Below are positions 24,242 through 36,100 of a DNA stretch of 64,000 nucleotides, piece by piece. How positions within the stretch are numbered: the stretch's first letter is position 1; each line of letters opens with the position of its first letter. The notes below the pieces were generated by a model, which saw only the letters and a list, made by a program, of their open reading frames with translations, had not been told where the DNA came from and did no database searches. The DNA is from Perna viridis (Eukaryota). The DNA is taken from NCBI GenBank assembly GCA_037379345.1, contig CM074514.1:1922001-1986000 (forward strand), written 5' to 3'. The translations under genes and the position numbers were made by a program.

Positions 24242-27087
24242 TATAATCTTAATCAAAATGTTATCTAAGATGCAGATCATGTCTATTTAAGTGTCTTTAA
24301 CTTGAGGTGTAAATTATACCAAATGCATTGCAAGTTTATCATCAAAGGGAGATAACTGACTTTTCCCCATCATTCTATCGTAACTTTGAACTCCCTTTTC
24401 TGCATCCTCTGACACTTCTAAGATGACAAAAACTGTCAATTGTCCTTAATAAACCATAAACTATGTGCCCACAATGTTATTTTTTTGGTGTTTTTTCTGA
24501 GCATGATTCATTTCTTTTTTTTTGCCTGATTCTTACAGGTTTCATTCCTTATAACCTACTTAATGGTTGAAAGAAATCAAAGATGAGCTGAACTTGACAA
24601 AAATAAAAAAATAAAAATAAAAAACAAGAATGTAATTTGTAAAAGTAGGAAGATTTTGCTAAAGATCTGCAAAATAAAAGCCAAATGGTTGTCCTTTTTT
24701 AGCATTTAAAGTAAAAAATTTCTGTCCATGGTGTCTTGTTTTTCCCTAACTGTAAGTGAAGTGCAACGAAGCACTTGACTTGTTCTTGCTTAAAATATTA
24801 AATTAAAACTTCTTATTATTTTCTTATGAGATCTAACAGTACCTTGGTTGGTCTGATTCATAAGATTGAAATTGTCTTGACATGTTTTGGTAGTAAAATA
24901 GTTCAGTATTGTTAGCTGTAATAGGGATAGATATAGTACTGGAAACAAAGTTAATCACCTTGCATCTCCATCTATGTTTCAACTATATTTATAGGACTAC
25001 TTATATACTGTTCTTTAAGCATTAGAAATGTAAAAATGACACCATATACCAGAGATGACCTTTAAGTAGTACAGGATACTTATGAACTTCCAAGTTTTTT
25101 ATTAGAAGGTTTGTGTTACTTTTAAGAGTTCTAGTTGCTTACAGCTAATGATGGTTGAATTAATCACCAAGATGCCTCATAGTAAATTGATAACAGTTTA
25201 TATGACAAAAATCTTGATGCTCTTATTATCTTAACAAATTGTAGACCAATGAAATGTTGAAATAAACGATTCAACATGGTTTAATTGACTTTGACCCCCA
25301 CTTTTGACAAAGCTAATCATTATGCATAATTATTAAAAAGTGTACTTTCTGATAGAATTCTACAAGAAAATGTATACCATCAAACCAAAACAAAGAAAAA
25401 GTTGCCGAGTTAAATACATATTGCTTACAATCATTCACAGTCGTTAATTTGTCTCATTCAAATATTAATCATACAACATTCCTTTATAATATTGCAGGTA
25501 ATTTTACCTGTCTTAACACCGTCAAGCAAGCGAAATGGTAGCAACTGTGGATGTTAAGTATATAGTGAACAATTTCAGCAAAACTTTAATAGACGTATCA
25601 AAGATGCTTGTCAAAATTATTAGAATTTGCAAAGGATAATAGGTCATGCGTCATCCTTTTTTCCATGAAAAAGCAAAAGACACACATGTTTCATCTTATG
25701 ATAGATGATAGACAAAATGATATACCGATTTCTCTTTTTTTTTAATTGTTAGCCAATCATTGATTCACAATATAAATATTTTGTCGACCAAGAAAAATAA
25801 ATATGTGTATTTGTCGTTATAACGTAATGGATAGCCCTGATATTATTTCTGTGACGGTGATGTTAATTATTTATGGCACTCCCCGTTTATAATATACCCC
25901 TTATTCGTCATTCAACTTGGCAAACAAAAATTATACCAGCAGTGGCAAAGCATGGTTGTCGGGTAGATTGAGGCGGTTTTAGGTTGAAACTTTAATTTCT
26001 CGCTAATTTTACCACAAAAGATATCTACATTACACCCACCCTAGAAGAATATTTCAAAAAATTAACCTCACAATTTTTACTGTGCGCCCTTAATCTAAAG
26101 TCCTTGATCGGCCCCTGTACCAAACGCTTTGATTTTTACAAATATTGGCTGATAATACCTATGAGTGTACCAATTACCATGTGTTCTACGGTGCAATAAA
26201 AAAGTAAGTACATTTCAAATGTCACCAACCCGGCAAATACAGTAATCTAATATGACCCGAGACTCGTTAATAATTCTACATGTTTGATACGTTCTAAATA
26301 CAGTGTAATAAATTAGAGCTTTCCTTCATACATGAAATTAATTGTTATATAGAATTAGGTCATTTGACTGCTATAATGGACAGAAGGAATGCATTTCAGA
26401 GAAAAGGACGAAATAGTGGGGAATTTATTTCCCGTCTAAATTGGTATCAACAAAAGCCCAGTGGTAAGCTAATGTTTTTTTCGAAAGTTTAATCCCTTTT
26501 CTTATGAATTTTGTGTTGAATGTTTTGGAACGTTGATCAAGAGATATGTTGCATTACGATTTAACTCTATCCCAAAAGGCTGCTCGACATGGGTATATGA
26601 TAAGTATCATTACCAGGTAATGACAATAGAAGCATTATTCCCATGTATTAAGATCACATTTCTAGTTTTACAAGGTCTTCATCTCCCTATATTTTGCCAA
26701 TTAAGTCGTACACAATTTGTGTTGATGTTTTCATATCTGCCTACAGGTAATTGTCTGGACCTGGTGACTTCTTGTTTTTAAGGTGTTAATAGCTTTGCTG
26801 ATTTCAGCCCTTGATGGTCGGCAATGATTGGTAGCATGTTTCCATAGCAGGTTGTACACGCATTGTCTATTTGGTTCTCTGTTCTCATGTCAGATGAAAT
26901 CTATGTAGCTGGATGACAATTAATGCTTGTGTGGAAAAATGGCTTCTCCAATAACCAAATAACCGGATGTGTATAACACAAAACCTTGCAAATAGTTCTC
27001 TGTTTGCATTAATAGTACATAAAACTTTTGTACTATGACTTCATTAAACCCAGTGTTCGGTTCCTTCTTTTGGATTTATCTCATATC

Positions 27088-27886
27088 TCTCTTATGAGGC
27101 TGATATAATAGATAATCTGATCCGAAAGAAAGAATATCGTTTAGCTAGATCGTTTAATCTCAGTTTCCGCTATATAGGCGACGTTTTATCTTTAAACAAT
27201 CCTACTTTCGGCGATTTGATACATCGCATCTACCTCAAAGAACTTGAGATAAAGGATACTACAGACACTGTGAAGTCTGCCTCATATCTTGACCTACACT
27301 TAGAGATCGATGGTAAAGGAAAACTATAGACCAAACTTTACAACAAACGTGATGACTTTTCATTCAGAATTGTCAACTTTCCTTTCATATGTGGCAACAT
27401 CCCTTCAACACCTGCCTATGGAGTTTTCATATCACAACTCATACGTTATGCAAGAGCTTGCCGTAACTACGCAGACCTTTTGTATCGCGCTAGACTTCTT
27501 ACAATTAGGTTTCTGGAACAGGGTTATGTTGCTACAAGGTCGAAGTCATCACTACAGAAGTTTTATGGTCATCATCATGAACTCGCGGATCCATCTGCAC
27601 CATGAAAACTGATTTGTTCAACATGTCATGATTTTCCTTTCCTCTTTCGTCTACCCCGGACTTGACTTTTTATGTGCAACTCGGCGGGGGTTTACCCTAC
27701 TGGTGCACCTGGTCCATGCTCCAAGTTTTTTGTGGAATCCGAGTTGCTCATTAACTTTTGTTACTTTGTATGTATTATTTTAGTTACTTTATGTTCTTTG
27801 TTGTGATTGTCTGTTTTCCATATCTGGTCTTTGTCCCTGGATTACATTCTTTTGATTTCCTCTAAAATCAGGATTCCCTTGATTAC
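27088..27886 (+). mobile_element. Second, shorter 5'-truncated copy of the same Penelope-like family (intergenic)
   Basis: Colinear and highly similar to 12128-12960 (e.g. gatttgatacatcgcatctac...aaagaacttgagataaaggatactacagacactgtgaagtc; ends ttcccttgattac), with small deletions. Confidence 0.9.
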
Positions 27887-28448
27887 ACGGTAGCTACTTA
27901 TTGTGAAGTATGCATTTCCTAAATAAGCGAGCACAGTGAACTAGCTTCGCCATACTTGAAATTTATTTTTTACTATCACGAGCAAATCAAGAATATATCA
28001 ATATTAGTATTAGCTGGTCTGATTCATAATTATTACATGTTGTGTCTCTATATCATATTATTGTGTTAAGTGTTATTATGTCATCTTATGGACATCATGA
28101 ATGTTGAATATAAATTCTCCCTGAAGGACTATGATTGGATCATAATATAATTTGAATTCATAATTTGTACAAAAGTCCGAGAATAACCGTACAGGTTGGT
28201 GAGAAACAGTTAAGGCCCTACCCTGAAATATATCGAAATTTCTTAAAAAGGGAGGGTTTTCTCTAGTTTTATTTTCACCGACAAAATTGTTATATGGCGT
28301 ATTTTTCCGGAGTTTTACGTAGCCCCGGAGTTCGATTTTTTAAATTATACATTACCTGAAGGAAAACAAACTTTCTCAGTTTGTGTCAGTCAAAATTTAC
28401 ATCGAATGATATACAAAATGTAGATGTAAAGTCACTTTAGATATCCAG

Positions 28449-28518
28449 ATGGCATGTAGTTCTGAAAAAGACGAAACTTTTGAAGCCAATGTTGATGTGC
28501 CCTTACTTGAACACAGTG
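28449..28518 (+). CDS. Candidate first coding exon of TMC paralog B (MACSSEKDETFEANVDVPLLEHS-)
   Basis: ATG at 28449 follows a CpG-richer stretch. The phase-1 donor G|gtaggc at 28519 matches the phase-1 acceptor at 30184. An alternative phase-1 donor A|gtaaaa lies at 28612. No homology support. Confidence 0.4.
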
Positions 28519-30183
28519 GTAGGCCTTTGAAAAATATGACGAGATCAGAGATGACTCATTTGCTTGTCCATTTATTAAATGCCATCTTTTGTAGGAGACC
28601 GGAGGCTATAAGTAAAACATATTAAAAGCAAGTTTTTTTTTACAGCAGTCTACTTTAAAAATCCTTGTTTAAAGTTAATAAAATTTTATTATACACTACC
28701 ATCTATACTGTCTGTACAAATTATTTTACAACACAAGTGTTACTACATGTACTTATAACCACTTGTTTCATCCATTGTGTTAGCTTTGTGTATTGCTTGA
28801 TCAATTTATATGTTGTGTCAGCTAAGGATAAGAAAAATGTATTAGTTTTGTGTGACTAAACAGATTATAGAATTCCTTGTCGGATGTACAGAGCTGAACA
28901 GTGTCCATGCAGTCATGACTTTCACTCTAAATACAATAGTGTAACAGTATCAAAGTTGAGATATAGTACTTTCATGTGCTTAGAACCATATGAAACAGCA
29001 ATAGTAGTTTTGTTTTTTTATTGTTTACTAAACCATGACCTTATTTTGTCGATTTCAGAAATATCCCATGATTCTGCCCATGCTCCAATAAATTGTATAT
29101 AGGCGTGAATAATAGAATTATTTCAATGGTTTATTTTTTTTCAAATCATAGATCAGTGTGTTTTGAGTATTTTCACAATCACTTTTTATTAACAAATTAT
29201 TATCAAAAAATGTATAGGGAAATGTCTTCACAAGTTGATTTTTTCTTAGCATTTTAACAAATTTTCTTTGAATGAGCCTTATTCTACTTTCATTATACGG
29301 TGTATGTGACGTTGGGCAAAAACAGAGATGCACGGACCTCTGTTCCATGATTGTACATTGTATCTGGATTTACATGTGTAAGTCCTTTACCAGTTTTGAA
29401 ACTGTCCCTGTTAAATCGGTTTTTTTTTTCTGGATGTCATATTTTACCAAAAACATACTGTTAATAATGAAGACTCTAAACATTTTCAGTGCATTTTGTC
29501 AACTGGGAGAGTGGATGGGGTTATTTGCTAGGTTCTGCTCACAGAAATTGAATCTGCACAAGCATTGTAAAGATTTTTTTTTAGTTTGATAATGTTCATA
29601 CATGTACATGTACTTTCATCAGTTAAAACAACATTGTTTCGGAGGTAATCATGTAAGAGTAGTTCAAAATTGTTATATATAATTTTCAGAAACCTTCCTG
29701 TTCTGATAATTTTCTTAGGGTATAGATGCACAATACAATGCATGAATAGAGTCTTATAAAGACATGTCAGCCTTTGAATCTGGTTGTCATACACTTCTGG
29801 CCTACACTAACTACAGCATTTCAAATAATGACATGCAAATGTAATGATAATTTAGTTAAATACTTTTACATGTCATATATGCATATTTTCTGCCTTAAGT
29901 CATAAATGATACATTAATTTATTCTAATTGATTGATAGATTGACAGGTTTACACAAAATTTGAATAAAAAAAAATATGATTGTATACACAGGATGGATAG
30001 GATTATTGGTCTGTGGTTTGTTATATTTTTTCTTAATTAACACTTAGGAAGGAATAGATGGAAAAAAGTACATGTGTACATGCATGTATAGAACTTTTTT
30101 TTATAAGTTGATGGCTAAATCTATATTGGTGAATATTGATATTAACACAGTAATGAATACAATAAGTTTATACATACTTTCAG

Positions 30184-33100
30184 ATGACTCTGAGCAAGCT
30201 AATAATGCAGACCAAATTTCCCGCATTAGTAACCCTGAATTTTTGGAGGAACATCAGCAGGTGTCTAATAATAATGTACTATTCAAATATTATGAGAATG
30301 TTGAGGATTGGCAATTATCCTTTCTGGACAACATTAACGCAGGCTTACCAAGTGTCAAGATTAGAAAGAAGAAAACATCTAATATGAAAATGGATCAAAG
30401 AAGAACTATACGTCAGCACGAGAAGGCATATTGTCGTGTTTCGAAGCCACCAGAACAACCACCATCCTTGGGAAGAAGGAGACAAATGTTATACAGACCT
30501 ACAAATTCAATGCTAGACAATGTTGGAAGTTTTGTTACATCATTCAGGTAGTTTGTTGGAAGTTTATTCTACAAAATTAACCCCTCTTTAGAATTTTAAA
30601 ATTGCTAAGTTAACTACATATACATGTATCTCTAATTTAAGCAGTCTTACAAAATTTAAGTCCTATGGCCCTGGACAGTTCCATTATGTTAACATACATT
30701 CTGCAAATTGGATGCTTTAGCTCAATAACTGAAAGAAAATAGCTGGACAAATCATGTAAGCCCTATTTGGACAGATAGATGGACAAATGAACAGGGGTAA
30801 AGTAATATATATAACTGTTACTAAAAATGAATTTGAAACAACAAAAATACATGTAGCATGTATATATACCGTAACTTGTACTTAAATTGTACATTACATG
30901 TATAACAATATCTCATTCTAAATAAACTTATTGAGTAAGGGTAATGGTTTATCTCTATTCACAGCTTAGAAATTTTGCAGAATGGCTAAAGGACTTGGAT
31001 TTTTGTAAAACATTCCCAAAAATAGAGGCTTTTAGATCAATTTCACTATTCTGTTAACATCATAACTTAGATCTGTACCTTTCTTCTCCCATTTTTTAGC
31101 TTTGAAATTTTTGGAGATGTTTATACACATAGAAATGGAGGTGTGGCGAGCAAAATGATTTTGATTTTTTATTAAAAAAAATGAGAGATGGCTGAACATT
31201 TTTCAATCAATTTCAATAACCCATATAGGTACATAGCTTTTTTTTTATATCAATTTTCTTCCTACTGATATCACCTGCATCTCCGAGAAACAAAAAAAGT
31301 TCTAAGGAAAACCTATGAGTTTTTGTTTGTTTGTGAATCACATGCTTCAATTTGGAGTGCAGGGATATATCTTTTTCTATTTCTCACTTGGGTATCCCAG
31401 TTTAGAGACACTTTGTGCCATTATTTATAAACTATGTACATTTTACATTGTACCTTCTGTTTCTGTGTAGACGAGCCACATCAAGGATTTACAGAACCAT
31501 GCAAGGAAAAGAGAGGCCAAAGGTCAGTTCATTTGTATAAAATAGACCAAAATATTATTTTGTTTACACATTTGCTATATGATACACAGATAAGTGAAAA
31601 CTGTTTTAAGTTTCAGATTAGCTATTTTTCTTTCATTTTTGTTTCCAATTAGTTTAAATTGGTTTTTCAAGAGTTGTTTTTATAAGATGAAGTAAGAAAA
31701 GTTTTTGTATTTATGAAAATTTGTTTCTTAACTATATTTGGATTTATTCAAAAGCAAGAGTACAGTTTGCTTCAAGTATTAAGAAATTAAGTTTTATCAT
31801 ACCTCCTGCAAACAAAGTTTTTTTTAGAGGGGTATATAGGAATCATTCTGTCTGTCCATTTGTCCACATTTCTTGTAAGCACAACTCCTAAACTGGTAAA
31901 GGGATTTTGATAAAATTTTATAGGAGTGTTGGATAGCAAATGTAGATGTCCATGAAGGAATATGATTACTGTCAGAGGACTCCTAAGGGAGATAATCCAA
32001 CAAGGGTTTTATATTTAAGTCCATTTGAAGCGGGGTATTTTTTTAGTTTAAACTAAACTCATAATTTATCTATATGTATTAATTCCTTGACTCTTACAAC
32101 CATATTTTCAGAGAATAGAAAGAATTAAGATAAGACTAGAGGATATTAAAGACAAGCTGACTTTGTGGGCAAACTCAATACGAGAAATAGAAGGTAATGT
32201 TAAGCATTTGTTTTACCATTATCAGCCCCTACTATCGACTGCAGTCAGACTGTACCAATATTTACAAGTAAATAATTCACAATAAAATTTAATATGATTG
32301 AAAATACATACATGTAGTTTGAAACTAAATATTTAAGTGGTATGAAATGTTCGTTTGTTTTTCTATCTATTTATATTTTCAATAAGAAGGACTGTACACT
32401 CAAATAACTTTTACGTTTCAGGAAATCAGTTCAATTTCAGGCACATCCTTGTAGCTGTAGAAGTGGAAATTACAGAAAATGAATTTTATGATGTAAGAGT
32501 TGCTTTTGTGGCAACTTCTACTTATATCTTCACAAAGAAGAAAAATCATCATTGTTTTTTATTTTGTAGGAAAGTATGGAATGGCAATCATGACATATTT
32601 CAAGTTCATTCGATGGTTATTGTTTCTAAACATTTATTTGTCAATAGTCATGCTACTGTTTGTCATTATACCAGGAAGCTTTATGTTACCATACCGATTT
32701 GAGCAGTCACTTAGCTTTAAAAACATGACAGACTATAAAACCACAACAATGTGTTCTAGACGATATCAACTTTATATTGACAATTTTACTAAGAAACTCT
32801 CTGTAGTAGATAAGATATTAGACTTTTTAGAAGGGACGGTAAGTTACTTTCTTGTTTTGATATTAGACTTTAAGTTTGTTAACTGTAATATTGGTAGTAG
32901 TACATGGTCTGAAATAACCCCCTGTGCACCCTTCCCCCACTCATCAACCAAAAGATGATTTTTAGGAACCCTTATACCTCCCAGTTATGAATCATTTTGT
33001 CTCCAAAAATTAAACTGAAGCATTTTTTTATTATTTGGTCACTTTTGGTACAGCCACAATTGATACTAGCTGGGTTCTTTTGATGAGTTGTGCCAATTTT

Positions 33101-36100
33101 CATAGTCAGAATTTTTCAGAAATTGCAAAAATGGGATTTTCAATTTTCTCATAAAAGTTGCAAAAATGGGATTTTCAATTTTCTCATAAAAGTTGCATAA
33201 ATTGGATATACAAGTTATTACTAAACCAAAGCAACTCAGATTTTGTATCATCATAACGTTTTTGGTACCAATGGAAAGCTGATATATTGGGCTACATGAT
33301 GACATCTACATATATTTAGTTTCTTTACACATGTTTCCCAAGGAAGACTTGGATGATCAAACAAAAGTGTTGTAAATTTAGAATACATGTAGTATGCTTA
33401 AGGAATATTTTCTTATTTGTAGGGTTGGATGGAAACCAAAGTATTATTTTATGGTGCATATTATAACAAATCAACAACAGAGACAGTTGAAATAAATCAA
33501 GTGATAGAGATCCCAAAAGTAGTTACAGAGTCGACAACGAGACGACCTAAAAGAGACATAAGTGAAGTAGATCTGAGTGGCAATGTTTCTGTACCTTATG
33601 TACTATTTATACCTAGTAACAAGACACAACAGACAACCAATGATGGCAGTGAATACAAACTAAATTATAATATGGGTGTGGCTTATCTATCAGCTGTTGC
33701 AGTTTGTTTGATCATCAGCTTGGTGAAAGTTGTAAGAAGGTGTGTATTCTACCAAAGAAAGTGTGTATTCTACCATAGAAGGGGTGTATTGCACTATAGA
33801 AAGGGTGTGTTGCACCATAGAAGGGGTATATTGCACCATAGAAAGGATGTATTGCACCATAGAAGGGGTGTATTACACCATAGAAGGGGTATGAAGAGGT
33901 GTATTGCACCATAAAAGGGATGTATTGCACAATAGAAGGGGTTTATTGCACTGTAGAAAGTGTGTATTGTACTGTCTTCAGGCTTGTAATGAAGTTTCCA
34001 AAGTTATTAGTGATAATATTATATCATATCTTTGCTTAGCTGCTGTAGCAGTTGATCAGCTGATGGATGCCTATACAGTCCACATTTCTTTGATTACTTT
34101 ACTTCTGGTATCAAACTCCACATATATGTTTGTTTTGATATTCATTCTAACTTGACCAGATATATGTACTGCTCAGTCTCAAATACTGAACCAATTCTGA
34201 TTGGTGATCTCTTTTAGAGAACAGCTGACAGGATATTTGAATGTTTTCATTCCCTTGAGAGTAGAAGAATATTGTAAATAGAGAGGGATTGAATTACTAG
34301 TATTTGAGATAATGAAGTAAAAAGGTACATTAATGATCTCTTACAAAACCATTCATGCTAATAGTGCAAGAAAGAATAGAATATTTCTAACACATTCATG
34401 TCATTTCATCTACTGTACTCAATATGTCTGCTCATTTTTATGAGTACATATACAGCATTTTGTTTATCTTACATTCATTTTATTTGCATTGAATCATTAT
34501 GTTTTAGCTCTGCAAAGAACATGAAAGCCACATATGGTAGAGAGGGTAAGGCAGCTAAGTACAGCAGTCGTGTATGGGCAGGCTGGGACTTCTGTATCTG
34601 TACAGAGAAACACGCTAACTCTAAAGCTGCCAGTATTAGAACAGATATTGTAGTAAGTAAACAATGTTCTAGCTGGCCTATATAGAGGTAAGGAGTGCTC
34701 CTCTTCCCTTTTGATGTACACCTCTGCCCTACTGATGAGAAATTAATTCTGTCACTAATACTTCATTTAATTACTTTGTTTTTCAGATGCCAGCAAGGGC
34801 AGGTTATCAGCTTTTTGTGTTATTTTTGGGTTGGCTTACTCTCATGATTTTAGTTTATAATTTTGTCCTTCTGCCAATTTTTCTAGCTGAAACTGAAATG
34901 TATGAGGATTATAATATAATGTTGATATTTTACACAACAAGTGCACAAGTATTTTGAACCTGGAGATCTACTTAGTGTGGAGTACGTGATTTACAATGAC
35001 AATGAATGACTAATTTGAATGGTTCACAAAGAGTGATCATAACTACATGTACCATCTTTCAGTATTGGGACTTCACATGAAGTATTGTGAGAAAGATTTT
35101 TCAAAAAATTAAAGTGTTATCAACAATTGAAACAACACCTAACACTTTCATAAGTTTTAACAAAACAATAGCTTGAATAAATCTGTAATTTTGTTAAAAC
35201 ATATGATTTTCTGTATTTAGTCAGAATTACAAGACAGTCAGAAGAAAAGACAATGGAATGCCATGACATGGAAACATAAACTGGAGATTTACAGTCTGAG
35301 AGTTATAATTAATGTTCTGATAACATTGCTGCTGGGTCTCAGTCTGGCTGCTATTTATAAGGTCACAGAGATTATGATGCAGGTAATTTAATTGTGTCTT
35401 ACTTATTCATGTGACTTGGTGGGTTCTTAGGTAGTAAAATGATGTTGTGGAAAGAATACCTATGAGACAAGAAGCCATCAGTAATTATCTGTCCAGCTGA
35501 AAACCTCTATGTTTTCTAGAATATTGTGTTGTTGATATTGAATTAAGAGTTTGATGTTAAGGAAAACATGACCATTCTTTTTGAGAGGAAATTGCATAAT
35601 ACACAAAAACTTCAATATATTTAGTGACGAAGTTCCGGAGTATTAATGAAAAGCAACAAATGGATTTTAAGTAGTTATTCATAGTTATATGCATTTAACT
35701 ATTGTGTTTTCTATGTGTATTAACAGCTTGGCTTTCTCATGAAATATATTTGATGTATTTTAGATTTGATTACTAGAAAATGAAGTATTGTTTGTTATCT
35801 TTCAGTTGAACTCGCAGTACCATGACAAGTTAACCAGTCTGATGATAAGCTATGCTCCCTATCTGACTATAACTGTATTGAACTTAGCTGTACCTAAAGT
35901 TTGCTGGAGACTAACTGTGTATGAAAGTTATCTACATGAAACTGAGATTAAAATGTCTATAACAAGGTACCTGTTTATAAATGTCTCAAGCCAGCAAGAT
36001 AAAAGGTCAATTTCACTGAAACAAAACAGATATTGACACATTCCAGCATGAATTCAGAATGTAGAAAAAATTACCTAAATTTATGGGTCTGAAGAAAGGG

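Noticed and set aside
28864-29102. Additional small TMC-B 5' exons near 28864 and 29059
   Set aside because: AG/GT sites exist, but donors are weak and there is no homology or paralog support; this cannot be decided without cDNA.
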